In this document: piece after piece, positions 16,668 to 27,136 of the stretch
Numbering within the stretch: the stretch's first letter is position 1
How the letters are laid out: each line of letters begins with the position of its first letter
Assembly: GCA_964582585.1 (NCBI GenBank)
Contig: CAZOTG010000001.1
Coordinates: 1 to 28,154, forward strand
Direction: 5' to 3'
Source: an uncultured Chromatiaceae bacterium
GTDB taxonomy: Bacteria; Pseudomonadota; Gammaproteobacteria; DRLM01
Length of the DNA: 28,154 nt
Notes under the pieces: generated by a model
Seen by the model: the letters and a program-made list of their open reading frames with translations, nothing else
Told to the model about the DNA's origin: nothing
Databases searched by the model: none
Translations under genes and position numbers: made by a program

Positions 16668-18776
16668 ATGGACACCGCCATCCCCGCATCCAAGAGCGCC
16701 GCCGGCCTGAGTACGCCCATCACCTATCTCAAGGGGGTGGGGCCGCGGCTGGCGATACGCCTGCAGCGCCTGGGCGTTGAGACCGTCCAGGACCTGCTGT
16801 TTCACCTCCCTTCCCGATATCAAGACCGCACCCAGGTGATCCCCATCGGCGCGCTGCGCCTCGGCGATGAGGCGGTGGTGCAGGGCGAGGTGCTGCTCAG
16901 CGAGGTGCAGCGCGGTCGGCGCGCCATGTTGCTGGTGCGCATCGGCGACGGCACCGGCGCCTTGACCCTGCGCTTCTTTCATTTTTCCGCCAAGCAGCGC
17001 GAGGGCCTGGAGCGCGGTCAATGGCTGCGCTGTTTCGGCGAGGTGCGCCGTGGCGCCGTGACCCTGGAGATGGTGCATCCCGAATACCAGGTGGTGAACA
17101 AGGAGGCGCCTGCCGCGGAGGATCAACACCTCACCCCTATCTATCCCACCACCGAGGGTGTGCATCAAATTACCCTGCGCAACGCCACTGAAAGGGCCTT
17201 GCAACGTCTGGACAATGGTGTGGGCTTAGCGGAGCACTTGCCTGCGGAGATCTTGGAATCTTTGCGGCTGCCCACCTTGACGGAAGCCCTGCGCTATGTG
17301 CACCGTCCGCCGCCCGATGCCCCGGTGGAACAGTTGCTGGCGGGGCTTCACCCCGCACAACGGCGCCTGGCCTTCGAGGAGTTGCTGGCCCACCACCTCA
17401 GCCTCCGGCAGTTGCGGGCGCGGGTGGAGCGCCATCGCGCCCCGCAGTTGACGGCGCCGGGCGCATTGTTCGACGCCCTGCTGCGGCAACTGCCCTTTCA
17501 GTTGACCGGGGCCCAGCGCCGGGTGATCGCCGAGATCCGCCGGGACCTGGCGCGCCCTCATCCCATGCAGCGCCTTGTGCAGGGGGATGTGGGTTCCGGC
17601 AAGACCCTGGTGGCGGCGGCGGCGGTATTGCAGGCGGTGGAGGCAGGCTATCAGGCGGTGGTGATGGCCCCCACCGAATTGCTGGCGGAGCAGCATCTCA
17701 AGAATTTCAGCGCCTGGCTGGCGCCCCTCGAGGTTTCCGTCGGCTGGTTGGCGGGAAAGCTCACCGCCAAGGCGCGGCGTGCCATGCTGGCGCAGCTGGC
17801 CGGTGGCGACTTGGCGGTGATGGTGGGCACCCATGCCTTGTTCCAAGGCGACGTGACGTTTCATCGTCTGGGCTTGATCGTGATCGATGAACAGCATCGC
17901 TTCGGCGTCCACCAGCGCCTGGCCCTGTGGGAAAAAGGTAACGCCCATGGCAGCTATCCCCATCAATTGATCATGACCGCCACCCCCATCCCCCGTACCC
18001 TGGCCATGGCGGCCTATGCCGACCTGGATTGCTCGGTAATCGACGAATTGCCGCCGGGGCGCAAGCCCGTGGAGACGGTAGTGGTACAAGACTCTCGTCG
18101 CGACGAGGTGGTACAGCGTATACGCAATGCCTGCCGCGAGGGCCAGCAGGCCTACTGGGTGTGCACACTCATCGAGGAATCCGAGCTGCTGCAATGTCAG
18201 GCCGCCGAGAATACCGCGACGCTGCTGACCGAGGCCCTGCCGGCGTTGCGCGTCGGTTTGTTGCACGGCCGCATGAAGGGGGCCGATAAGGAAAAGACCA
18301 TGGCCGCTTTCAAGGCGGGCGATCTGGACTTGCTGGTGGCCACCACCGTGATCGAGGTGGGGGTCGACGTGCCCAACGCCAGCCTGATGGTGATCGAGAA
18401 CGCCGAGCGGCTGGGCCTCGCCCAGTTGCATCAGTTACGTGGCCGGGTGGGGCGCGGCAGCCAACACAGCGTCTGCGTGCTGATGTATCGCCCGCCGCTG
18501 TCCGTCCTGGGACGAGAGCGCCTGGCGGTGATGCGCCGCAGCAACGACGGTTTCGAGATCGCGCGCAAGGACCTGGAATTGCGCGGCCCCGGCGAGGTAC
18601 TCGGTACCAAACAGAGCGGCATGTTGCAGTTGCGCATCGCCGATCTGCTGCGGGACCAGGCCCTGCTGCCCGCCGTGGAGCGTGCCGCCCGACTGTTGCA
18701 GGCGCGCCATCCCCAGCGGGTGGCGCCGCTGATCCGGCGCTGGTTGGGAGAGGCCACCCAGTTTGGCGATGTGTGA
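16668..18776 (+). CDS. recG: ATP-dependent DNA helicase RecG
   Basis: LKGVGP, P.RYQDR, QGDVGSGKT, DEQHRFG, MTATPIPRTL and LHQLRGRVGRG. Start moved to ATG 16668 to avoid overlapping ridA. Confidence 0.98.
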   Translation: MDTAIPASKSAAGLSTPITYLKGVGPRLAIRLQRLGVETVQDLLFHLPSRYQDRTQVIPIGALRLGDEAVVQGEVLLSEVQRGRRAMLLVRIGDGTGALTLRFFHFSAKQREGLERGQWLRCFGEVRRGAVTLEMVHPEYQVVNKEAPAAEDQHLTPIYPTTEGVHQITLRNATERALQRLDNGVGLAEHLPAEILESLRLPTLTEALRYVHRPPPDAPVEQLLAGLHPAQRRLAFEELLAHHLSLRQLRARVERHRAPQLTAPGALFDALLRQLPFQLTGAQRRVIAEIRRDLARPHPMQRLVQGDVGSGKTLVAAAAVLQAVEAGYQAVVMAPTELLAEQHLKNFSAWLAPLEVSVGWLAGKLTAKARRAMLAQLAGGDLAVMVGTHALFQGDVTFHRLGLIVIDEQHRFGVHQRLALWEKGNAHGSYPHQLIMTATPIPRTLAMAAYADLDCSVIDELPPGRKPVETVVVQDSRRDEVVQRIRNACREGQQAYWVCTLIEESELLQCQAAENTATLLTEALPALRVGLLHGRMKGADKEKTMAAFKAGDLDLLVATTVIEVGVDVPNASLMVIENAERLGLAQLHQLRGRVGRGSQHSVCVLMYRPPLSVLGRERLAVMRRSNDGFEIARKDLELRGPGEVLGTKQSGMLQLRIADLLRDQALLPAVERAARLLQARHPQRVAPLIRRWLGEATQFGDV

Positions 18777-18883
18777 GTTAAGCCCGTCGTCTGTCCGCTT
18801 TCAACCGCGTATCGTGCTGGTGGGCAATGCGGCTGAGCGCGTACAATGCCTCGCTTTTCCCTGGAGCTAGCGAGTGGTGGACG

Positions 18884-19456
18884 ATGGATAATGAGGCACA
18901 CTTCCATGGGCGTGAGCCGCGCTGGCATCCCGCACGGCGCCGCCTGCGCAGTACCGCTCCGGCGGTGCTGTGGGATTGGTTGTTGGACGCCTCGTCGTTG
19001 ACCCGGCGGCTGCAGCATGCTTGCGGCGAGCGCTTTCGTGTACAGCTCCTCGAGCAGCGCTGGGGGCGGCCCTTGGCCAGCGAGCGCCGCGCCTTGGGGA
19101 TCAAGCGCGGTGGGCGCGCCGTCATCCGCGAGGTGCGTCTGTTGTGCGGCGAGACGCCTTGGGTGTTCGCCCGCACCGTGATTCCGGTGCGCACCTTGCG
19201 CGGGCCGCAACGGCGTCTTACCCGCCTGGGTACCAAGCCGCTGGGTGCGGCGCTGTTCGCCGATCCCTGGCTATGCCGAGGTGAGGTGGAGGTGACGCGC
19301 ATCGGACCCGGAGACAAGTTGTTCGAGCATGCCGTCGGTGCGAGCGACGCCGACGATGCCGTTTGGGGGCGGCGTTCGCTGTTTTGGCTGCGCGGCAAGC
19401 CGCTGTTGGTGAGTGAGTTCTTTTTGCCGACACTAGGAAGTCATGGCGGTGAGTGA
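18884..19456 (+). CDS. ubiC: Chorismate pyruvate-lyase
   Basis: WLLD..SLT.RL, REV.L.....[25 protein letters not shown].....PLLVSE.FLP; lies upstream of ubiA. Start approximate. Confidence 0.95.
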   Translation: MDNEAHFHGREPRWHPARRRLRSTAPAVLWDWLLDASSLTRRLQHACGERFRVQLLEQRWGRPLASERRALGIKRGGRAVIREVRLLCGETPWVFARTVIPVRTLRGPQRRLTRLGTKPLGAALFADPWLCRGEVEVTRIGPGDKLFEHAVGASDADDAVWGRRSLFWLRGKPLLVSEFFLPTLGSHGGE

Positions 19457-20322
19457 CGGTGTGGACTGAGCGCCTGCGTCAATATGCCTTGTTGATGCGG
19501 CTTGATCGGCCCATCGGCAGCTTGCTGTTGCTGTGGCCCGCCTTGTGGGCGCTGTGGCTGGCGGGGGAAGGGCATCCGCGGATATTGGTGGTGGTGGTGT
19601 TCGTGATGGGGGTGGTATTGATGCGCTCCGCCGGGTGCGTGATCAACGATTACGCCGATCGCCATGTGGACCCCCATGTGGCCCGCACCCGCTCGCGCCC
19701 CATCGCCGCAGGCAAGGTGACGACGCGGGAGGCCCTGATCCTGTTCGTGGTGTTGTGCCTGACCGCCTTCGCCCTGGTGCTGTTGATGAACCGGCTCACC
19801 ATCCTTATGTCCTTCGGCGGGGCGGTATTGGCCGCGGTGTACCCCTTCACCAAGCGCTACACCCACCTGCCCCAGGTGGTGTTGGGTATGGCCTTCGGCT
19901 GGGCGGTGCCCATGGCCTTCGCGGCGCAGACCGGGGCGGTGCCGCCCCTGGCATGGCTGTTGTTCATCGCCACGGTGTTGTGGGCCACGGCCTATGACAC
20001 CATGTACGCCATGGTAGACCGGCCCGACGACCTGCGCATCGGCGTCAAGTCCACGGCCATTTTGTTCGGCGAGGCGGATCGTCACCTCATCGCCCTGATC
20101 CAGGTTTTGTTTTTCGTGGTGATGGTCTTGATCGGGCGGCAAATGCACCTCGGCCCCTATTATTATGCCGGCCTGGTGACGGCCATGGCCTTGGCAATCT
20201 ATCAGATGGTCCTCATCTGGCGCCGGGAGCCGGCCGGCTGTTTCAAGGCCTTTCTCAACAACAACTGGCTGGGGGCCGCCGTCTTCGCCGGCATTGTGGC
20301 CCACTACCTGGCGGCGGCGTGA
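19453..20322 (+). CDS. ubiA: 4-hydroxybenzoate octaprenyltransferase
   Basis: [39 protein letters not shown] and [22 protein letters not shown]. Confidence 0.98.
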   Translation: MTVWTERLRQYALLMRLDRPIGSLLLLWPALWALWLAGEGHPRILVVVVFVMGVVLMRSAGCVINDYADRHVDPHVARTRSRPIAAGKVTTREALILFVVLCLTAFALVLLMNRLTILMSFGGAVLAAVYPFTKRYTHLPQVVLGMAFGWAVPMAFAAQTGAVPPLAWLLFIATVLWATAYDTMYAMVDRPDDLRIGVKSTAILFGEADRHLIALIQVLFFVVMVLIGRQMHLGPYYYAGLVTAMALAIYQMVLIWRREPAGCFKAFLNNNWLGAAVFAGIVAHYLAAA

Positions 20323-20389
20323 GGGACTGGCGGTTGGCAGGCGGGAGAGGGCGTGGGAAGATAACCGCCGTATTATTGAGGTGATGGCA

Positions 20390-20590
20390 ATGCAAACGGA
20401 AAAATTTCGCGTGAAGAACGTCAAGTGCGGCGGCTGCGTCAACACTATCCGCCAGGGTCTGCAGGACATGGCGGGGGTGCAGTCGGTGGAGGTGGTGATC
20501 GAGGGTGGGGCCGTGACCGTCAACGGCGAGGGTCTCGACCGGGCGGCCTTGACGCACAAGCTGCAACAGCTGGGTTATCCCGAAGAATAA
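20390..20590 (+). CDS. Stand-alone heavy-metal-associated (HMA, CopZ-like) protein
   Basis: 66 aa with NVKCGGC (CxxC) and a C-terminal LGY. GAGGTG lies 6 nt before ATG 20390. Confidence 0.88.
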   Translation: MQTEKFRVKNVKCGGCVNTIRQGLQDMAGVQSVEVVIEGGAVTVNGEGLDRAALTHKLQQLGYPEE

Positions 20591-20599
20591 AGGAAACCT

Positions 20600-21595
20600 A
20601 TGAATACACAGCAAACGCCCAATCCTCACCATGCCCGCTTCCGCGAACTGGGCAGCGCGGTCATCGAGATCGAGGCCAAGGCGGTGTCCGGCCTGGCGCA
20701 GCGCATCGATGCCAATTTCGTCAAGGCCTGCGAGTTGATGCTGGCCTGCGAGGGCCGCATCGTGGTGTTGGGGATGGGCAAGTCCGGGCATATCGGCGGC
20801 AAGGTGGCGGCGACCCTGGCCAGCACCGGCAGCCCCGCCTTTTTCGTGCACCCCGGCGAGGCCAGTCACGGCGACCTGGGCATGATCACGGAAAAAGACG
20901 TGGTGATGGCCTTTTCCAACTCCGGGGAGACCGATGAACTGCTGGTGATCCTGCCGCTCATCAAGCGGCTGGGGGTGCCCCTGATCGCCCTCACCGGCAA
21001 TCCCGATTCCACCCTGGCGCGCAAGGCCGATGCCCATATCGACGTCAGCGTGGCGCAAGAGGCCTGCCCGCTGGATCTGGCGCCCACCGCCAGCACCACC
21101 GCGGCCCTGGCCATGGGCGATGCCCTGGCCATCGCCTTGCTGGAGGCGCGGGGTTTCACCCATGAGGATTTTGCCCGCTCCCACCCGGGTGGGCGCTTGG
21201 GACGGCGCTTGTTGTTATTGATCGATGACGTGATGCGCACCGGCGAGGCCGTGCCCCGGGTGTCCCCCGATATCATGTTGAGCGAGGCCCTGCTGGAAGT
21301 GACCCGCAAGGGCCTGGGCATGACCGCCATCGTCGATGGGGAGGAACGCCTGCTGGGGATATTTACCGACGGCGATCTGCGCCGCGCCATGGATCATGGC
21401 GTGGACGTGCATACCACGGCGGTCAAGGACGTCATGACCCGCAACGGCAAGACGGTCAGCCAGGGGATGCTGGCGGCGGAGGCCTTGCAGATCATGGAGA
21501 GCGCCAAGATCAACGGCCTGATGGTGGTGGACGACGACGATAAATTGATCGGCGCCTTGAATATGCACGACCTGCTGCGGGCGGGCGTGGTGTAA
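20600..21595 (+). CDS. kdsD: Arabinose-5-phosphate isomerase (KpsF/GutQ, SIS plus CBS domains)
   Basis: GMGKSGHIG.K.AATLASTG.P.FFVHP.EASHGDLG, LAPT.STT and a C-terminal CBS pair. Confidence 0.97.
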   Translation: MNTQQTPNPHHARFRELGSAVIEIEAKAVSGLAQRIDANFVKACELMLACEGRIVVLGMGKSGHIGGKVAATLASTGSPAFFVHPGEASHGDLGMITEKDVVMAFSNSGETDELLVILPLIKRLGVPLIALTGNPDSTLARKADAHIDVSVAQEACPLDLAPTASTTAALAMGDALAIALLEARGFTHEDFARSHPGGRLGRRLLLLIDDVMRTGEAVPRVSPDIMLSEALLEVTRKGLGMTAIVDGEERLLGIFTDGDLRRAMDHGVDVHTTAVKDVMTRNGKTVSQGMLAAEALQIMESAKINGLMVVDDDDKLIGALNMHDLLRAGVV

Positions 21596-21638
21596 ACGCC
21601 CGGCGATATCGGGGCGCTCTAACGAGCAAAGGGATTCC

Positions 21639-22190
21639 ATGCAAGACATACTGGAGAAGGCGGCGCAGATCCGTTTGGTGATCTTCGACGTGGACGGCGT
21701 GCTCACCGACGGCGGCCTGTATTTCGACGAGTCGGGCCGCGAGAACAAGGTCTTTCATTCCCGCGACGGCCATGGCCTCAAGATGCTGCAAGGGGGTGGG
21801 GTGGAGTTGGCGGTGATCTCCGGGCGGCGCACCGAGGCGGTGACTCACCGCATGGCCGGCCTGGGTGTCCGCCATGTCTATCAGGGACAGCAGGACAAGC
21901 TGCCCGCCTTTTACGAATTACTGGACAAGCTGCAAATCAAGCCCGAACAAAGCGCCTATGTGGGCGATGACGTGGTGGACCTGCCCATCATGCTGCGGGT
22001 GGGTCTGGCGGTGGCGGTGCAGGATGCCCATCCCTTGGTGATCCAACACGCCCATTGGCAGACGCCTCACCCCGGCGGTCGCGGTGCGGCGCGGGACGTC
22101 TGCGAGTTGATCCTGGAAGCGCAGGGCAAGCTGCAGGCGATATTGCAGGCCTATCTCACCGTGGATGCGCCGCCGCGCCGGGAAGCGTGA
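21639..22190 (+). CDS. kdsC: KDO 8-phosphate phosphatase
   Basis: IFDVDGVLTDG, F..RDG.G, YVGDD..DLP and GGRGA.R. Confidence 0.97.
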   Translation: MQDILEKAAQIRLVIFDVDGVLTDGGLYFDESGRENKVFHSRDGHGLKMLQGGGVELAVISGRRTEAVTHRMAGLGVRHVYQGQQDKLPAFYELLDKLQIKPEQSAYVGDDVVDLPIMLRVGLAVAVQDAHPLVIQHAHWQTPHPGGRGAARDVCELILEAQGKLQAILQAYLTVDAPPRREA

Positions 22191-22762
22191 TGCACATCCG
22201 TATCGATAAATGGCTGGTGGTTGTGTTGGTGATCGCGCTGTCCACCTTGAGTTGGTGGATGCCTCTGGAACAGGGCCCGGTCAGTCAATTGGTGACGGGT
22301 TCGGAAAAACGCCATGTCGCCGATTTTCGTCTGACGGATTTTGACCTCGTCACCATGAACGCGGCGGGGCGCCCTCGTTACCAATTGCAGGGCAAGACCA
22401 TGATTCACTACGCCGATGACGATACCGCCCAGGTGGCGGTGCCGGAGTTGACCGTCTATCGCCAGGGGGCGCCGTCGTGGTTCGTGCGTGCCGAGCAGGC
22501 CGATGTGGCCGCGGGTGGGGAGAAGGTGTTTTTGCAGGACCGGGTGAAGGTAGAGCGGTTGACGGCGGACAAACGCGAAAGGCTGGAGATCTATACGCCC
22601 GCACTGAGTGTGGTGCCGGCCAAGGACTATGCCGAAACCGATCAGCCGGTGACGATCGTCACCGACTTGGGCGTGACGCGGGCCGTGGGCATGCAGGCGG
22701 ATCTCAAGCAGGAGCACCTCGAGTTGTTGGCGCAAGTGCGGGGCGAATATGAGAAGCACTAA
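22190..22762 (+). CDS. lptC: LPS export protein LptC
   Basis: Single N-terminal TM followed by beta-rich sequence. The ATG overlaps the kdsC stop (TGATG) and the gene sits between kdsC and lptA. Confidence 0.9.
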   Translation: MHIRIDKWLVVVLVIALSTLSWWMPLEQGPVSQLVTGSEKRHVADFRLTDFDLVTMNAAGRPRYQLQGKTMIHYADDDTAQVAVPELTVYRQGAPSWFVRAEQADVAAGGEKVFLQDRVKVERLTADKRERLEIYTPALSVVPAKDYAETDQPVTIVTDLGVTRAVGMQADLKQEHLELLAQVRGEYEKH

Positions 22763-23291
22763 GGGGGTGCTGTCGGCTCTGCTGCTGGGGATGTCGCTTA
22801 CGGCGCCGTTACCCGTCTCGGCCCTCTCCAGCGACAAGCAGCAACCCATTCACATCGAGGCGGACAGCGTGGTCATCGACGATGCCCAGGGTACGGCGGT
22901 GTATCGCGGCAATGTGCGTTATACCCAGGGCAGCACCCACCTCGAGGCGGAAAAGGTGACGGTATACAGCACCGATCGCCAGAAGGTGAATAAGGTGGTG
23001 GCCGACGGCAAGCCCGCCACCTTCCGCCAGCGGCCGGATGGTCAAGAGCAGGATATACGCGGTCAGGCCGGACACATCGAATATTTCGCCGCCGACGAAC
23101 GGGTGATCCTTGTGAATGATGCCCACCTCTGGCAGGGTAAGAACGAGTTCGCCGGCAGCCGTATCGAATACGATACCGCCAAGGAAACCGTGAAGGCCCG
23201 TAAGGCCGAGGACGATGAAGGTCGGGTGCAGGTGATCATCCAGCCTCGCCAACAGGCTGACTCTCCGTCCCCCGCCGCTCCTGCGCCATGA
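22749..23291 (+). CDS. lptA: LPS transport periplasmic protein LptA
   Basis: Signal peptide, ALSSD.QQPI.IEAD, Y.GNV..TQG, G.PATF.Q and I.YD. Confidence 0.95.
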   Translation: MRSTKGVLSALLLGMSLTAPLPVSALSSDKQQPIHIEADSVVIDDAQGTAVYRGNVRYTQGSTHLEAEKVTVYSTDRQKVNKVVADGKPATFRQRPDGQEQDIRGQAGHIEYFAADERVILVNDAHLWQGKNEFAGSRIEYDTAKETVKARKAEDDEGRVQVIIQPRQQADSPSPAAPAP

Positions 23292-24013
23292 GTACCCTGA
23301 CCGCCCAAGCTTTGAGCAAGCGTTATCGCGCGCGCAAAGTGGTGGACGGGGTGTCGTTGCGCCTCGCCAGCGGAGAGATAGTGGGCCTACTCGGCCCCAA
23401 TGGCGCGGGAAAGACCACCTGCTTCTATATGATCGTCGGTCTCATCCGTTGCGACAGCGGGACGATATATTTGGATGAGAAGGATATAACCGCCTATCCC
23501 ATGCACTTGCGGGCGCGGATGGGCATCGGTTATTTGCCCCAGGAGGCCTCGGTATTCCGGAAGTTGACCGTGGCGGACAATGTGATGGCCATCCTGGAAA
23601 CCCTGCCGGGCTTGACGCGGGAGCAGCGGGAACAGCGGCGTGATGAGTTGTTGGCGGAACTGCATATCGGCCATCTCAAGGGCAACCTGGGAATGAGCCT
23701 GTCGGGCGGGGAGCGGCGGCGCCTGGAGATCGCACGGGCCTTGGCGACACAGCCGCAATTTATCCTGCTTGACGAGCCGTTCGCCGGGGTCGATCCGCTG
23801 TCAGTGATAGACATCCAAAGCATCATCAAACAGTTGCAGGAAAAGGGCATCGGCATCCTCATTACTGACCACAATGTGAGGGAAACCCTGGGGATTTGCC
23901 AGCGGGCCTATATCGTCAACGAGGGCAAGGTGATCGCCGAAGGCATCCCGCAACAACTATTAAGTAACGAGCGGGTGCGGTCTGTGTATTTAGGCGAACA
24001 CTTTAGATTATAA
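23288..24013 (+). CDS. lptB: LPS export ABC ATPase LptB
   Basis: [45 protein letters not shown] and [10 protein letters not shown]. Confidence 0.98.
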   Translation: MSTLTAQALSKRYRARKVVDGVSLRLASGEIVGLLGPNGAGKTTCFYMIVGLIRCDSGTIYLDEKDITAYPMHLRARMGIGYLPQEASVFRKLTVADNVMAILETLPGLTREQREQRRDELLAELHIGHLKGNLGMSLSGGERRRLEIARALATQPQFILLDEPFAGVDPLSVIDIQSIIKQLQEKGIGILITDHNVRETLGICQRAYIVNEGKVIAEGIPQQLLSNERVRSVYLGEHFRL

Positions 24014-24114
24014 GCATAAGCATTCGTGAATGATTGCACTGCAGTCCTTGGGTAATTGGGTTAAACTAAGCATGTGCTTGTAAAGGTATATGCCGTGATC
24101 TCAGTAGTGGCAAG

Positions 24115-25632
24115 ATGAAACAATCGCTTCAATTACGTCTTGGACAACATCTAACGATGACGCCCCAATTGCAGCAGGCGATTCGCCTGCTGCAATTGTC
24201 GACTTTGGAATTGCAGACCGAGGTGCAACAAGCCTTGGAAAGCAATCCACTGTTGGAACTTACCGAGGAGGGTGAGGGCGAGGCCGATGTCGTTGATTTG
24301 CCCGGCGGCGAGGGTAAGAGCGAATCCTTGAACGGCGACGATGATATGGCCGCCAACATGGGATTGAACAGTGAAATCGCCGTTCCCGTGAACGAAGATG
24401 AGGCGGCCACGGGGAGCATGTCCGGTGATATCCCCGAAGAATTACCGGTGGATACCAATTGGGAAGACGTCTACGATTCCGGCGGCCTGGGCGCCACCGG
24501 CGCGGAGGCGGACAATCGTGTCTTCGAGATTCAGGACAGCCCGGCGGAGAGCCTGCGCGACCACCTGGTGTGGCAAATGGACCTCACCCCCTTCAGCGAT
24601 ACCGATCGCGCCATCGCCGCCGCCATCATCGACGCCGTCGATGATGACGGTTACCTGACGGCGCCCTTGGAAGAGATTCAGCAGGGATTGGGGGAAGGGG
24701 TGGAGGCCGAGTTGGATGAGGTCTCCGCGGTCCTGCGCCGCATCCAGAATTTCGATCCCCCCGGCGTGGCCGCCCGCGACCTGCGGGAATGCCTGTTGAT
24801 CCAATTGCAGCAATTACCGGTGGATACGCCCATGCTGGCGGAGGCCAAGCGCTTGGTGGGCGAATATTTGCCCCTGTTGGGCAATCGGGATTATGCTCAG
24901 CTGACGCGGCGCCTGAAACTGGATGAGCAGGCGCTGCAAGAAGTGATTGATCTGATCCAGACCTTGAATCCGCGGCCGGGCAGCAGCGTGGCGACCGGTC
25001 AGGCGGAATATATTATTCCGGATGTGATCGTGCGCAAGCGCAATGGAACATGGCGGGTAGAGTTGAACGAAGAGGCCGTACCGCGCTTGCGTATCAACAA
25101 GCAATACGCCGGGATGATCCGTCGCGCCGATTCCAGCAGCGACAACACCTATCTCAAGGGCCAGTTGCAGGAGGCCCGTTGGTTCCTCAAGAGCCTGCAA
25201 AGCCGTCACGAGACCCTGCTCAAGGTCGCTTCCTGCATCGTCGAACGCCAACGCGGTTTCCTGGAGCATGGCGAAGAAGCCATGAAGGCCCTGGTGCTGC
25301 ACGACGTGGCGGAAGCGGTGGGAATGCACGAATCCACCATTTCGCGAGTCACCACCAAGAAGTACATGTGGACCCCCCGCGGTATCCTCGAACTCAAATA
25401 TTTTTTCTCGAGCCATGTCACGACGGCGGCGGGCGGGGCGTGTTCCTCCACGGCAATCCGGGCGCTGATAAAAAAACTGGTGGCGGCGGAGAACCGCCGC
25501 AAGCCGCTCAGCGACAGCAAGATCGCCTCGTTGCTCTGCGATCAAGGCATCAACGTCGCGCGGCGCACCGTGGCGAAATACCGGGAAGCGATGGCCATTC
25601 CACCGTCCAACGAACGAAAACAACTGGTCTGA
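24115..25632 (+). CDS. rpoN: RNA polymerase sigma-54 factor
   Basis: Region [25 protein letters not shown] and RpoN box [10 protein letters not shown]. Confidence 0.99.
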   Translation: MKQSLQLRLGQHLTMTPQLQQAIRLLQLSTLELQTEVQQALESNPLLELTEEGEGEADVVDLPGGEGKSESLNGDDDMAANMGLNSEIAVPVNEDEAATGSMSGDIPEELPVDTNWEDVYDSGGLGATGAEADNRVFEIQDSPAESLRDHLVWQMDLTPFSDTDRAIAAAIIDAVDDDGYLTAPLEEIQQGLGEGVEAELDEVSAVLRRIQNFDPPGVAARDLRECLLIQLQQLPVDTPMLAEAKRLVGEYLPLLGNRDYAQLTRRLKLDEQALQEVIDLIQTLNPRPGSSVATGQAEYIIPDVIVRKRNGTWRVELNEEAVPRLRINKQYAGMIRRADSSSDNTYLKGQLQEARWFLKSLQSRHETLLKVASCIVERQRGFLEHGEEAMKALVLHDVAEAVGMHESTISRVTTKKYMWTPRGILELKYFFSSHVTTAAGGACSSTAIRALIKKLVAAENRRKPLSDSKIASLLCDQGINVARRTVAKYREAMAIPPSNERKQLV

Positions 25633-25656
25633 TAATAGTAACGAGGTAAGACATCC

Positions 25657-25971
25657 ATGCAAATTCAACTCAGTGGTCAACATATAGAAATCACTCCCGC
25701 ATTGCGCCAGTACGTGGACGAGAAGTTAGATCGCCTGGCTCGTCATTTCGACCATGTGGGCAACGTGCACGTGGTGTTGAGCGTGGAGAAACTGCGTCAT
25801 AAGGCGGAGGCGACTATTCATCTCAACCGCGGCACGGTATTCGCCGATATCGAGGCCGATGATATGTACGCGGCCATCGACGGCCTGGTTGACAAGCTGG
25901 ACCGGCAAGTGAAAAAACAAAAGGAAAAAAACACCGACTACCGCAGCGCCGCTGTGAAGCAATCGTCATAG
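25657..25971 (+). CDS. hpf: Ribosome hibernation promoting factor (short HPF)
   Basis: MQI.LSG.H.EIT.ALR.YV.EKL.RL and DMYAAID.L.DKL.RQ; follows rpoN. Confidence 0.95.
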   Translation: MQIQLSGQHIEITPALRQYVDEKLDRLARHFDHVGNVHVVLSVEKLRHKAEATIHLNRGTVFADIEADDMYAAIDGLVDKLDRQVKKQKEKNTDYRSAAVKQSS

Positions 25972-26016
25972 GCCACACAGCCTCACGACTTAAGATGAGG
26001 TAGGGGAACAACAGAC

Positions 26017-26502
26017 ATGCATATCGCCGAATTTATATCTCCCGAGCGCGTCGTCATTCGCCAGCAGGTCGGCAGCAAGAAGCGCGCCTTGGAGTTGGTG
26101 AGTGGGCTCATTGCCGCGGCGCAGCCGAGCTTGGTCGAGACGGAGATTTTCGACTGCCTGGTGGCGAGGGAAAGGCTGGGCAGTACCGGTATCGGCCATG
26201 GGATCGCCATCCCTCACGGCAGACTCAAGGCCATAGACCGGCCCATCGGCGCTTTTGCCGTCTTGGAAAAGGGCGTCGATTTCGATGCCATGGACGGCGA
26301 AGCGGTGGATATGGTGTGCGCTTTGGTGGTGCCCGCTGAGTCGACGGAGGAGCACTTGCAGATCTTAGCGTCGTTGGCGGCCTTGTTCAGCGATGCGGGC
26401 TTGCGTGAACGTTTGCGCCGCGCCGCCTCGGCGGAGGAGCTTTATACGCTATTGACCGGCGAGAAGATCGCCACGCTGCGCCACGCGGCGTCGCCCAGCT
26501 AG
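26017..26502 (+). CDS. ptsN: PTS EIIA(Ntr)
   Basis: SKKRALE and RERLGSTGIGHGIAIPHGR (phospho-His); in the rpoN cluster. Confidence 0.95.
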   Translation: MHIAEFISPERVVIRQQVGSKKRALELVSGLIAAAQPSLVETEIFDCLVARERLGSTGIGHGIAIPHGRLKAIDRPIGAFAVLEKGVDFDAMDGEAVDMVCALVVPAESTEEHLQILASLAALFSDAGLRERLRRAASAEELYTLLTGEKIATLRHAASPS

Positions 26503-26590
26503 TCATTATTTCCAGGGAATGAGTGGAGTCGTGCCGAAGGTGGGGTTGCCATTGCGGCAAGCCGTTTTGTATAAGGATCGAGTGACGCGC

Positions 26591-27136
26591 ATGACCGATC
26601 AAAAAATCACCTTGCACGGCGTGTTCATGGAGGTAATGCAGCTCGGGGTGTTGTTGTCGGGGGCGAGCGGCGTGGGCAAGAGTGAGCTGGCGCTGGAGCT
26701 CTTGAATCGCGGACACCGTTTGATCGCCGATGATGCACCTGAATTCGTCCGCCTGGCGCCCGCCAGCTTGCAGGGCGAATGTCCCGAAATGCTCCGCGAT
26801 TTCCTCGAGGTGCGCGGCTTGGGTGTGATCAACATTCGCGCCATGTTCGGCGGCAATGCCATTGCCCCCCAGGCGGAACTGCGGCTTATCCTGCACCTTG
26901 AAGCCATGGGCGGCGAGCGCCTCGCCGCCGTGGATCGTTTGCGACCGAGTCGCGACAGTGTGATCATACTCGACCAGGAAATACCACGTATCACCATCCC
27001 GGTGGCGCCGGGGCGTAATCTCGCCATTCTTGCCGAGACGGCGGTGCGCGGCCATCTGTTGTCGTTGGACGGCTATGATGCCGCGGCGGATTTCAGCCGG
27101 CGCCAAGGACAGTTTCTGAGCCGGAGTGAGGCATGA
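26591..27136 (+). CDS. hprK: HPr kinase/phosphorylase, catalytic domain only
   Basis: LHGVFM, GVLLSGASGVGKSELALEL..RGHRLIADD, LEVRGLG.I and PV.PGRNLA. It is 181 aa from ATG 26591 (205 aa from 26519). Confidence 0.9.
   Translation: MTDQKITLHGVFMEVMQLGVLLSGASGVGKSELALELLNRGHRLIADDAPEFVRLAPASLQGECPEMLRDFLEVRGLGVINIRAMFGGNAIAPQAELRLILHLEAMGGERLAAVDRLRPSRDSVIILDQEIPRITIPVAPGRNLAILAETAVRGHLLSLDGYDAAADFSRRQGQFLSRSEA

Noticed and set aside
20330-20380. Possible CueR box (GGGAAGAT half-site) upstream of the HMA gene
   Set aside because: No matching left half-site and no 19-bp-spaced promoter.
16578-26590. Longer 5' extensions in the ORF track for recG, ubiC, the HMA gene, lptC and hprK (also gmk, rpoZ, rdgB, the RRM gene and the MCP)
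   Set aside because: They overlap upstream genes or promoters and lack family similarity. The downstream starts fit SD position or stop-start coupling better.
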